This document shows positions 25,690-37,439 of a stretch of 61,260 nucleotides of DNA, piece by piece. A program made the position numbers and the translations under genes. The stretch is taken from assembly GCF_001194135.2 (NCBI RefSeq), contig NC_068989.1, positions 52,597,487 through 52,658,746 of the forward strand, written 5' to 3'. Every line of letters begins with the position of its first letter. Position 1 is the first letter of the stretch. Source of the DNA: Octopus bimaculoides (lineage: Eukaryota). The notes beneath the pieces were generated by a model that ran no database searches, was not told where the DNA came from, and was given only the letters and a program-made list of their open reading frames with translations.

Positions 25690-26815
25690 CGCCAATAAGA
25701 GTGGTTCATTGACGATGAAAAAAACTATGGACACAAATCCATTATGAAAACGAAACCACAACAACAAAGAAATACGAGGAAATGGAAAACAAACAGGTAC
25801 GAACCCCAGGAGAACCGAACTGAGGTATCGAACCTCTGATTACCCAAGAATATACGCGGAAATGACCTCCGTCTCACCCCAAGTACAGACAAGAAACCCA
25901 TATTCTACAATACATAAAACTGCAAATAGCCAATAAATCAAATATAGAAGACAACCATCAACCCATAAGTCCAAGCACCATAGATGGATAAATGAAAAGC
26001 AAAAATGATATGAATGACAAATAACATACAGACAACCACCAACCCGTAATAACATGTACCCCAGATGGATGAATACATGGGAAGAAAAACAAATAAAATA
26101 CAGACAGCGCAGGTACTATAATAGGAATAATAATCATCATGATAACTCAATCAACCCACGATTTACGACCAAAAATCCCATATATCCATGGAAGATAGGA
26201 AGAAAACAAAACTTATAACCAACGGAATTCGTATAAAACACATGAACCATCCTCTCACCTACATGGAAACCAGAACGCCGAGATCAGAAAACGATGACGT
26301 AGTAACACAATTCCTTTTTTAGGGAGAAAATACCAGAACCAGGCACCAGACCCGATAATACACAAAATTTAATCAATCACACACAGCATGTAGACTCGAA
26401 GATCATAAATTTGTCAAATAGGAACCTCAACAAGAATGAGATGAATCTCCTATTAAAAGGTTTCAAGTTTACCTTGACACCCACCCCTAATCTTATTGAA
26501 CTGAAATCTGATATTGAACACTTCAACCGTCACCTCCGTCTTATAGAATTCTTCAACAATAAAGTTTTAAATGATGAATCAGTAGTCAGAAATAAATCCC
26601 ACTTCACCTCCTACAAGGGAAAGGACAAATATTTAGACGCGTATATAGACACGATTTCAAAATTTCCCCTAAATACTCACAGGTGCAAACAAAACCTTCA
26701 TGAAGAAGAAAAGAAGAAAAATAAGCCTTACAAACACTGAAGAATGACACCTCATTCATACTAAAAGAAGCCGATAAGGGAGGGGCGATAGAATCATGGA
26801 CAATGAGGAACCATA
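25690..26815 (+). mobile_element. Penelope-like element 5' part (N-terminal ORF region up to ADKGG), 3'-truncated
   Basis: ORF 26411-26740 reads NLSNRNLNKNEMNLLLKGFKFTLTP..DIEHFNRHLRLIEFF..LDAYI, then FILKEADKGGAI in another frame. These are hallmark PLE N-terminal motifs. The 5' boundary is uncertain. Confidence 0.8.
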
Positions 26816-26872
26816 ATTTGTCCACGTTTATTGTTGTTGCTGAGGCTGCTGCTGCTACTACTGCAGATGATG

Positions 26873-26958
<86 letters not shown>

Positions 26959-27264
26959 GATGAACTTTTTGCTGATTTTTTGCGCTCGGCAGTGTATATC
27001 TATGAGCCTGTTTAACATCATCATGTAGATATCATTTTGAGTATATCTTACAGAGTCCAGTTTGTTGTTAACATGACTCCGATCAAGCGATAAATACCTT
27101 TCTTCCTCCCACGAGCCACATAATTCCTGAAAACAGTCATCGTCCCAACTTTCATTATCTCAACAAGACATCAACAAATCTTTATCTGTGATGTCAACTT
27201 GGACTAAAAACGGAATCCTATAATTGTTGTTCTTTATAATTGATGTTCTTTATAATCGTATGAG

Positions 27265-27555
27265 ATTCAAATAGTAGGAGAATTCAAAGAGAAAAGAAAG
27301 AAGAAGAAAATGAACAAATTGAAAGAAATGAAACTGCAAGGTCAGTTCATACAACAAACCGTAGATAGTGGAAGTGAAGCCTGCTGGCTTTGTTTTGATG
27401 GACGGGAACTTGAAACGAGAAACAGAAATGTTAATTATATCCGCTGAGGAAGGAGCTAAATGAACAAATCTGATAAAAGGCAAAGATGGACAAAATTCAG
27501 TGAAATAGTAAATGTACAATGTGTAGGAAAGGAAATGTAAGTATCAATCACATTT
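27265..27555 (+). mobile_element. R4/Dong-like RLE LINE fragment, left part
   Basis: LQGQFIQQT..CWL..G..L.RETE-like segment, then KCTMCRKGNVSINHI (start of the CCHC motif). The reading continues at 28941 after the PLE insertion. Confidence 0.7.
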
Positions 27556-27628
27556 CCAGTTCTATATTAATTACATTATTTACATTATTTACATTCGACG
27601 GATATTTGTCCTCATCTTGTTTGGTGCT

Positions 27629-27674
27629 AACACAACGTTTCGGCTGATATGCCCTCTAGCCTTCATCAGGTGTC
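27629..27674 (-). ncRNA. Minimal type I hammerhead ribozyme motif, intact core
   Basis: GACAC-CTGATGA-A-GGCT..AGCC-GAAA-CGTT/GTGTT. Helix I is GACAC:GTGTT, helix III is the palindrome ACGT, and the cleavage triplet is GUU. Confidence 0.78.
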
Positions 27675-27819
27675 TTGGGGAAATTTCGATGTTATTATTA
27701 TTATTATTATTTTATTATTATTATTATTCAGGTCACTGCCAGGAATCGAACTCGGTAGCCCACGCTCTTAACTACTACGCCATATGCCCGTGGGCAATTA
27801 TGGAGGGCTTATAAATCTA

Positions 27820-28645
27820 AATTTTTTCTATCCTTCCTTAATACTAGTTCCTATATGCTACTTATATCTGCACTCTGTCTGCTTAGTAGGTTGTTGTGCC
27901 CTAACATATCTGCTGCTTCTTTTAGTTCTCGTATTTTCCAGTGGCTCTCTCTATCTATTATTTTAAGTTCATCCCACAGGAGGAGGCAGTCTCCATTTTA
28001 CCATACATGATCAGCTATACCCGATTTATCAATATCTCCTTGTGTCACAGCTTTGCGATGTTCGTCTACCCTTATTTTGAGCAGGTGGCGTGTTTCGCCT
28101 TTGTATAACATACCACAACTGCATGGGATGGCGTACACACAGTGTTTGGTCATATTCTCTTCTATTGTTGTTTTTACTCGAAGGAGATATTTGCGAATTG
28201 TTGTATTGCTCTTGAATACTGTCCTGATGTCAGATGGGCCTCATATCTTTTGTATGTTTTCGGAGAGGCCTTTCACATATGGCAGACAGACTATGGACAG
28301 TTTATTAGTTTCATCCTCTCTTTTCTTCATAATTGGATTGGATAGTACGTTGTGTGGGTAGTTGTTACTTAATAGATTGTTACTTAGCTTGATCATTTCT
28401 TCGTGGTGGATATCACGATCGCTACTTATATTCTTTGCTCGATGTTTTAGACACTGAGCAATCCCTATCTTTACACTGTATGGATGGAGGGAATTGAAGT
28501 TGATGCATCATCCAGTGAAGGTCGGCTGGCAGTATACGATTGTCCGGATTCCATAATTGGGGCGTGTTATTAATACGTCTAAGAATGCGAGCTGATTGTC
28601 TTTTTCCTTTTCCATTGTGAACTATATGGATGGCTTTATTGAGTG
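27820..28645 (-). pseudogene. PLE late RT + GIY-YIG coding remnant (Penelope/Poseidon-like)
   Basis: FTMEKEKDNQLAFLDVLITR, VYCQPTFTG..FNSLHPYSVKIGIAQCLKHRA, CLPYVKGLSE and CVYAIPCSCGMLYKGETRHLLKIRVDEHRK..SGIADHVW. Contains stops. Confidence 0.9.
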
Positions 28646-28672
28646 AACTCAATAAAGCCGCCCACTGGCATA

Positions 28673-28727
28673 TAGCGTAGTGGTTAAGATCGCGGGCTAC
28701 TAACCCCAAGATTCAGAGTTCGATTCC
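28673..28727 (+). promoter_or_regulatory. tRNA-type internal Pol III promoter (A and B boxes) in the pLTR head
   Basis: A box TAGCGTAGTGG at 28673-28683; B box GAGTTCGATTCC at 28716-28727; anticodon-like stem-loop GGG-CTACTAA-CCC between them. The head is present in all four pLTR copies. Confidence 0.7.
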
Positions 28728-28736
28728 AGGCAGTGA

Positions 28737-28796
<60 letters not shown>

Positions 28797-28849
28797 CAAC
28801 ATCGAAAAATACCTTAGGAATGAGAACCCAGGTTCGAAATTTTCCCCAA

Positions 28850-28895
28850 GACACCTGATGAAGGCAGGAGAGTATATCAGCCGAAACGTTGTGTT
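28850..28895 (+). ncRNA. Minimal type I hammerhead ribozyme motif, intact core
   Basis: GACAC(28850-54) CTGATGA(28855-61) A GGC..GCC GAAA(28883-86) CGTT GTGTT(28891-95). Predicted cleavage after 28890. Confidence 0.78.
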
Positions 28896-28940
28896 AACAA
28901 CAAACAAGATGACAAATATCCGTCAAATGTAAATAAGGTA

Positions 28941-29170
28941 CAATCACATTTTGTGTGAGGGTCGTATAACACAAAAGGAATAAAAGAGCAGACAAGACTG
29001 TAGAGGCAAAAGAGTGCATTGGGATGTGTCGAGAATGTGGCTTCAAAACATCACACGCTGTGATAGAAAATGAGCATTGCAACATCTTGTGGGATTTCGC
29101 CCTTGAGGCAAGAAGACCCTGCATGTTCATGATTAAAAACGCCTCTGTTGAAAGATATTCCATGATTAAC
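28941..29170 (+). mobile_element. R4/Dong-like RLE LINE fragment, right part
   Basis: NHIL..ITQKE.KSRQD..KRVHWD, then VIENEHCNILWDFALEARRP: the CCHC tail and the RLE entry motif. Confidence 0.75.
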
Positions 29171-29748
29171 TACACCGACTTTTTTTCTTTTTTCAGACTT
29201 AGTCTATCTCCGACTTTATTCTGCAATCTATCCTTCCTTTTTTAAGATGTTTTGAGGTCGATTTAACTACACTTTCTTGCAGAAGAAACGACCCTGTAAA
29301 GAGTCACAAATACTTCTCTTTGATTTATATCAATGCATATCATGCACTCTTTTCATTCATTTTCAATTCTAAAGCTAAGCTTTTGATTAAAGGATCATTG
29401 CGGTTTGGTGATCCAACTTTACAATTCAGTTTCGATTCCCGATTAAAATCAATCCATTATAATTAAGTCGTTTATGCTCGAGAGAAAAGCGTAATGATTA
29501 TAGGATTCCGTCATTTCCTCTCACCTATGTACGACCTTGCGTCCAATTAATAAATCGATATGTTACCATTCATTGTGATCGAATTTGTTATAATACACGT
29601 ATTGATGTTCTTTATAATAATGCATTAGCTGTTACACATGAATTCCACAAAAATACATTCAGGATGTTTGCTTGTTTGCGTGCAACATGAAAATAAATCT
29701 CACTTTCTTCTCTATCTCTTTCTCTCTCTCTATCTTTCTTTATATTTA

Positions 29749-29827
<79 letters not shown>

Positions 29828-30583
29828 TCTTAATAAATGTGTGTACATTTAAGAAGCTACAGCTGTGTTGTGTGTTAGTAAATTTAACACAAGATAAGCA
29901 CAGGTTTTATAAAATATTGTAGATGTCAGTGTGGTGTATTTCATGCGTATGAGAATGCAAATATGTATGTATGTATGTGCATATATATATATATATACAT
30001 ATATATATACACATATATATATACATACATGTATGTGTAGAAATACATCTGTATGTAGGTGTATATATATGTATATATGATATAGATGTAGATATGTATA
30101 TACGTACATTACATATATACGTATACGTACATATACATACATATACATACATAAACAAACGTATGCATACATGCATATACACATGTTGACAAATATGAGT
30201 AAGTTGAAATTGTTTTAAAAAATTACACAGAGATACACACAAAGGAAAAAATTGAAAAAAAAATTAAAGAGTACGGATCAAACAATATTGGAATATTTCT
30301 TTCTTTTTTTATTAAAAAAATGTGATATTTCAATATGCGAAAGATGTTATTGCATTATAGAAGAAGAAATACGTACGTCGTTATTGAAATATATATTATA
30401 TAACTGATAATTCTATGCCACAAAAAATAACTATATATTTATGTAAATAATGATTTTAAATGTATTTGATGCACGTTATATATGCATAAAAGAATGAAAT
30501 GAAACATGAGTTTGCGCATGCATATATGCATATTAGTATATACTTATACAGACAGGGAAACACATATACGTAATGACACTTCC

Positions 30584-30637
<54 letters not shown>

Positions 30638-30666
30638 ATTCCCTTTCTACTTCTCTGTATATATGG

Positions 30667-30704
<38 letters not shown>

Positions 30705-30919
30705 ACATTTATATATATAGATATTTGTATACATATATATGCATATATATACATATATATNNNNNNNNNNNNNNNNNNNNNNNNNNNNNNNNNNNNNNNN
30801 NNNNNNNNNNNNNNNNNNNNNNNNNNNNNNNNNNNNNNNNNNNNNNNNNNNNNNNNNNNNNNATATACATGCACACACAAGCACACACACTTACATGTAC
30901 ATTTCAGTGATTTGTAGCT

Positions 30920-31420
30920 GAAATCTGCAATTGGCAACTCCATCTCCCCTGCTGGACACTTTTCATATGTTGTTGATATTCTTTTGTGTTCCCGATGGAT
31001 GGATGGATGGATGGATGGATGGATGGATGGATGGATGGATGTGTGTGCCTGAGTGTGTGTGTGTGTGCACATAAGGTTACTGATATAATGTGATTTTTTT
31101 TTTGCGATATCTCGAATCCCTGATTCTGGTTGTTATGTCGCATCACTTCCTCCAGTTTCATCGAATGAGTAGCGCCCGTGTGTTCAGACCAGACATCATT
31201 GCTTTAATGATGCAACGTTTCTGTTTTGAATTGTAGAAATGAATGAACGCCCATTTTATCACTAGTAAGCTGGTTCCAGTGTCTTTTGTTAACGCCCTTT
31301 TTAATCTGTTAACTAAAAACCTTATGTTATCTAGTGTTTTCAATCGCTTGTTATTTAGAATACAATTCCAGTTTTAATCAAACTTCTCTTTTGTCCAATG
31401 CAGAGTATCGGTAGTTGATG
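30920..31420 (-). mobile_element. Possible highly decayed retroelement (GIY-YIG-like) split by a (GGAT)n tract
   Basis: Only a loose resemblance to PLE endonuclease C-termini; no diagnostic motif is intact. Confidence 0.25.
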
Positions 31421-31620
31421 ATTATTCCCCCAATACCTGCGTAATTTATTCACTGAAGCGGTCACTGTTTCTTTTGGCACCGGAAATGATGTATCTTGTA
31501 TCGTTGGTATCTCTAGATAATAATTCGTTTTTTGCCTCTCTGCCTTCTATCATTCGCGATAACCGGTAGCTGGATAGCTTAGGAGGTCGATCTAGACTAG
31601 GTATTTTCTCAATAATAATC

Positions 31621-31679
<59 letters not shown>

Positions 31680-31734
31680 TCTTTGTAAAGAAGCCTCGAA
31701 ATTTTGGGTGAGGGGCTAGTTGATTACATCACTG

Positions 31735-33745
31735 TTCCAGATGCTGAAGCAGGATAAAATTCTGAGCAAAAATCTGGAGCAAAGTCCAACATGATATAAA
31801 TGCAGTCTGGAACAAGACTTTAAAAGAGAAATGGAAGCTGGATGACACGAGATAATATAGTGATCACGTGTAAGAAAGTAAAGGAGGTGAATTAGAAAAT
31901 ACCAAACTGGAAAACACCAGGAAGAGATGGTTTGCAAGTTTTCTGGCTCAAAAACCTCCCAAAATACACAGACATACACGCCTGTCTTTCATTGGCTGCA
32001 CAACAATTGAAACACCAACATGGATGACATAAACGGACAGTGCTGATAAAGAAGGGTAAAGAAAATAGGCGGGAGTGTAAACAAATATAGACCTATTACT
32101 TGCTTACCATTACTCTGGAGACTTAACCAGCCTCATAGCTGATGAAGCTTATAATTTTCTGGAAACGGGGGAAACCTACTACCAGAAGAGCAAAAATGAT
32201 GTAGGAAGAAATCAAGAAGATCTGCTAATGTGCTATATGTAGACAGCAAGATATTAAATGAGGTACGGATAAGGAGGAAGAATTTAGCTGTTGGGTGGAT
32301 AGGTTACTGGAAAGCCTACGACATTGTCCCACACAGCAGCTAGTTCTTGGAATGTCTGAGGATGCTCGGAGTCATGCGAAGATAAACAACATTTTTTGAG
32401 AAAGCAATGAGAATGAAAAGTAGAAGTGGCATGTGCAAACGAATCGCTAGGGAACTTGAAAATACGCAGAAGATTTTCAAAGATGACTCGCGCTTTCCGT
32501 TACTCTTCGTCGTTGCTCTAACTTTTCTGATAAACATACTGAGAAAATCCAGGCGTGCCTATGAGTTTACCAAAATCAAGATAAGAATTAATCACCTACT
32601 ATATATAAATGACCTCAATATAAATGCAAAATCTGAGATAGAACTGGATTCTCAAATCGAAACAGAGAGAATATTCAGTAAAGATAGTGGAATGCAATTT
32701 GGGGTACACAAGTACGCTGTACTATGAAAAGAAGCCGGAGAATAATGTCTGATGGCATAAAATTTGCACAAGACAACATCAATCGATCGTCATGGAATAA
32801 CGAGGGATACAAGTAGCATGCAAACACTACAAGATGATAAGATAACGGAAAGAGAAATGAGAACGTCTCTAAACATTACAAGAGGAGAATTACGAATGTG
32901 CTTGAAACAAAATTAAATTAGGAACGTCATCAAAGCCATTAATACATGAGCAATGCCAGTACTGAAATTGTCTGCCCCCTTTCTGAAATGGAGGAAGATC
33001 GATTTGCAGAATTCAGATAGAATTTAGCGCAGGAGCGGCTGTGTAGTAAGTAGCTTGCTTACCAACCACATTGTTCCGGGTTCATTCCCACTGCGTAACA
33101 CTTTGGGCAAGTGTCTTCTACTATAGCCTCGGGGCGATTTGGTAGACGGAGACTGAAAGAAGCCCATCGTATATATGTATATGTATATATGTATGTGTGT
33201 GTATATGTTTGTGTGTCTGTGTTTGTCCCCCCAACATCGATTGACAACCGATGCTGGTGTGTTAGCGTCCCCGTAACTTAATGGTTCGGCAAAAGAGGCC
33301 GATAGAATAAGTACTAGGCTTCTAAAAAATAAGTCCTGGGGTCGATTTGCTCGACTAAAGGCGGTACTCCAGCATGGCCGCAGTCAAATGGCTGAAACAA
33401 GTAGAAGATAAAAGAAAAAAAGATAGAAGAACCATAAATCTGCTAACAATGTACCGGCCGACTTTATCTACCAAGAAGGGAAGGTAGTAGAGGATTACTA
33501 ACTGCAAAAGACACTGTTGGTACTGCGGCACTGGTTCTGCAAAGAATAAAGAAACAATACTTTCGACAGACAGAGATACTAAAAAATGTGACTCAAATAA
33601 TAAAAATTCAAAGAGAAATGAAAGAAGAAAGTGAACAAATGGAATGAAAATGGAATGCATGGCCAATTCATAAAACAAACGAAAATGTTCGAAGTGAAGC
33701 CCGATGGCTTTGATTTACGGACTGAAACTAGAAACGAGAAATAGA
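31735..33745 (+). mobile_element. R4/Dong-like non-LTR retrotransposon RT region, interrupted by a SINE
   Basis: IPNWKTPGRDGLQVFWLKNL, YRPITCLP, LLPEEQK, KNLAVGWIGYWKAYDIVPHS, IFKDDSRFPLLFV, INHLLYINDL, FSKDSGMQFG, RLYLPRREGSRGL and GMHGQFIKQT. Many stops and frameshifts. Confidence 0.88.
33026..33415 (+). mobile_element. SINE family B, near full length, with 8-bp TSD
   Basis: tRNA-like head, CORE-like segment and family 3' end. AGATAGAA occurs at 33015-33022 and 33421-33428, and the host LINE reading DLQNSDR/RTINLLTMY is restored on removal. Confidence 0.9.
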
Positions 33746-33748
33746 AAT

Positions 33749-34320
33749 GAAAGATACAGAAATAATTTTTTTTTATTCTCAAATGCGTGATAATGCTAAT
33801 AAATAGCGTGATCAGGATAAATTATCCATACATTGCAGAAAAATATGTTACCGGCTAGTCATAGGACTCAAACTCACATCTCTGTGATTACGCGTCAAGT
33901 GCTTTACCATTAAGCTAAACTGCCCAGTAACGAAGTAAACAAACAAAGTCTGTTTTAGAAGCGTTGAGGTGTATTGAAAGATACAAAAATATTATTTTTA
34001 ATTCTCAAACGCGTGATAATGTTAATAAATAGCGTCGTCAGGATAAATTATCCATATATTGCAGAAAAATACGTTACTTGCCAGCCATGAGACTTGAACT
34101 TACATCCCTGTGATTACGCGTCAAGTGCTTTACCATTAAGATAAACTGCCAAGTAACGACTTCTTCTGCAATTTTAGAACTTATAAACTTAGCTTCATAA
34201 AACGCTTTAACGGTAGCGTCTTATGAAGCTAAATTTATAAGCACTTGACGCGTAATCACAGGGATGTGAGTTCGAGTCCCATGGCTGGCTGGTAACGTAT
34301 ATTTCAGCAATGGACGTGTT
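33749..34320. repeat. Three copies of a tRNA-like (Thr-CGT-like) unit: two tandem (227-bp period, minus strand) and one inverted partial copy
   Basis: Minus copies at 33852-33924 and 34080-34150 read GGCAGTTTA(G/T)CTTAATGGTAAAGCACTTGACGCGTAATCACAG..GAGTT. The plus partial copy is at about 34237-34292. Stems are imperfect, so these are not called functional tRNAs. Confidence 0.75.
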
Positions 34321-34389
34321 CTTCGCTGCTCTGACCTATCAGCAGCTGAAGATACAGAAACACTAATACAACCCAGAAGCACAACTGAA

Positions 34390-35480
34390 AAATAACTCTA
34401 AAAGACTGGAATATCTACAGTTTCCTGTGAGTATTTTAAATTTCCCTGTAAATATGTTAAGGAACTTACATATCTACAGCTTTCGAACACATAAACGATC
34501 AGTTTTAAATCCTTTAATTTCTACAACTTCTGGGAATGCCAATCATTTCCTTTTCCTCCAGAATATTCGAAAATGTAAACATCCTCTTTACTCCAAGAAC
34601 ACTACAGTTTTCTGTTTGGACAGACAAAAAAATCATGTCCAGTAAATTTTCTGTGAAAAATTTTACCTGCCTTTTCTTTCCATTCCTTTTTCCTTGAATA
34701 TTCGAAAATGTAAACATACAAACGAACGCCTCAAAAAATATAGAAACTTTAATATCTCTAATTTTGCGTGAACATTTTGTCTTTCCTTCTTCCCTGACTA
34801 ACAGAATATGTAAACATGCCTTTTACTGTAACAACACAATGCATGATAAACAATTAAGGGAGTAGACACCTATCAATATATACATACTGCACAACTACAA
34901 ACACTGCAAACCACGGCAAAACTTTTAAAAAGAAAAGAAAAATACCAAAAGTAAAAGGAAATTCAGAAATTCAAAAATCCAACAAGGTGAACATCTCTTC
35001 CTCCTCTTATTCCCAAAGACTGGAATATCTACAATTTCCTGTGAATATTTTGAATTTTACTCAAAATAAAATAGGTGAGTAAGCTTACATACCTACAGCT
35101 TTCGAACACACAAAAGATCAACTTAAAAAAAAAAAAGAAGAAAACCTTTAATATCTTCAACTACTGTGAATACCTGTCCTTTCCTTTCTGAGTATTCGAA
35201 AATGTAAACATCATCCACCTTTTTATCCTAAGAACACTACCATTTCTCTCTGTGCATTCATACAAAAGACCATATTTATTAAATCTTAAAGCTTTCCTAT
35301 CTACAGCTCGTTTTCTATTTCTTTTTGATTCTCTCTGAGTATTCTAAGATGTAAACATCCTTTTCATTGCAAAAGTCCTACGGTATTCTCCAACTGGACA
35401 GACAGACGAACATCTCAAGAACATTTAAAAACTTTAATACATTACCCAAATACGCAAACACATCTTTTATTGCAACAACA
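34390..35480 (+). repeat. Degenerate tandem duplication (about 615-bp period) with an internal sub-repeat
   Basis: AAAGACTGGAATATCTACA near 34400 and 35015; CTACAGCTTTCGAACAC near 34475 and 35090; ATGTAAACAT recurs five times. Confidence 0.7.
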
Positions 35481-37408
35481 CAAATGAATTCAGAAATTCA
35501 AAGATTCAACGACGTGATTATCATTATATATAGATATATATATATATTGTTTTTCCTACCAGTAATTACAAATAGAACAGGTTGAATTGCTTCTTTTCAA
35601 GGCCAAAGGAGCGCTCGCAGTTGTCACGAGTAGTAGTAAACACATTTGACCTCTGCTGACCCATAGGGTACGAAGATTCTTTTTCTCTATGGCTGACCAC
35701 CCCACCATCTGCGGAATCTATTTATAGAATTGTAGAATATGATCTATTCACCAAGCTTCTACCCAACTATTTCCTTCCACAACCACATATTTGTGATTAT
35801 CTCAAGTACAAGACAAAAGTTAAAAATAAAGAACATTTAGTAAATTTTTTTAATAATAAATAGTAATAATGATAATAACAATGGTAGTGGTGGTGATAGT
35901 GATAATGATAAAAATAAAAATAATAATAATATAGTATAAATATAAAGTATAAATATAAAGTATAAATATATAGTATATAGTTGGAATTAATGCTTCAATT
36001 TATTAATATTACCGTATGTTATAGAGCAAATGTAATCCGTATCATTGTATGAAAAACGGCGCGGCAGAACAATTCTGCATCGCAAGAAGCTAATACAACT
36101 TTAACCATCGTAAATGATGACTATCTAAAATATACAGCGGCCTTTGCATTCAAGTTTATTAATAATCGAAAAAGAAACATGAAAAAAACGAAAGAAAAAA
36201 CATATGCTTAGTCTACATACACATCTGACAGCGGCAGTATAGCAAAATAAAAGGAAACAACAATATTCACATTTAATGTAGAGAGTAAATAGTTGTTGTC
36301 TACATATAGCGATAGATGTAAATAGACTAACAAGCTAAAGTAGAAATAAATTCATGCAGTTGAGGTCATTCGCAGTCCCCATGACCATTCCAGGAACATG
36401 CAGGAAAAAAGTCAACGTAAAAAGGACATCTAAAACAAGACGGTCTATTAATGACTACAAAATTTAATTGGTGAAAGTTGAAAATAATTGACCGCAGCTG
36501 TTAAATAAGTACATATCAGAGTAGCCCCAAAAGACCACATTGTGATATTGTTGTACATATGCAGAACAAGGTGGAAGCATCTTCATTCCTCTTAAGTAAC
36601 ACGTTCTGCTGTTAGAGGAACAACGACCATCAACTTTCCGGAAAAGGATTCAATAGTTATACAAGTATTGTTTATTCTGGATCCCTGCGTTCAATTCTTA
36701 CCAAGGTTAATTTCAGCATTAATTCTCTCTAGAGTACTACCTGGTTTTTACTTGTAATTAAATGTGTAGCCGTGTCTCATTGTTAAACATTGATTCGGAG
36801 TTACTCTAAGTGTATACATCCCTGTGAGTTTACGCAACTACTCACGCGTGTTACTTTCACAAGATGAAATTCACTTTGTCGAACAATGGAATACTCATCT
36901 CAGGCCAAACGGAGGCTAACAATAGAGATATAAATGCAATTATAAAACATTAGTATTTTGATACTCGCATGCTCCATCGAACTTACATATATTCATATAA
37001 TTTTACATGCGCATGCACATATATACATGCATATTTAAAGAGAAACGAGCATCATATAAATTGTATTTACATACAAACCAGCATATTTTTGTATGGTGTT
37101 ATTTTGCACCGGTTAGCCTTGTGCAATGGAATGTGGTCCTCATTTTTCTAGTTTTCCATTGTGCGTGTTTGCTTTTATTGCATATTTTATGATTTATTTA
37201 CTTATTGTAAAGCACGATAATTCAGTTAATGGCACTTAGAGCTTATTTTGATCGTGTATTTTTAAGACGTTGAGTATAAAGTGATTTTCATCAACACAGA
37301 GGCCATACATGCACGCAAAATTTACACACTTTCACATAGAGATACACATACACTCTTACTCGAACCCATACACACATTAAGACACACACACACACATACA
37401 TACATACA

Positions 37409-37439
<31 letters not shown>

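Larger units (their letters stand above)
27556..28940 (-). mobile_element. 5'-truncated PLE with direct 3' pLTR and inverted 5' pLTR; 11-bp TSD
   Basis: pLTR(-) at 27557-27795, ORF remnant(-) at about 27820-28645, pLTR(+) at 28659-28940. CAATCACATTT occurs at both 27545-27555 and 28941-28951. Confidence 0.9.

Noticed and set aside
33852-34292. Functional tRNA-Thr genes
   Set aside because: The acceptor, anticodon and T stems are mismatched and U33 is replaced by G, so these are kept as tRNA-like repeats only.
32139-34370. CTGATGA..GAAAC at 32139 and CTGAAGA..GAAAC at 34346
   Set aside because: Neither has complementary helix I/II arms or a NUH triplet; the first is simply LINE coding sequence.
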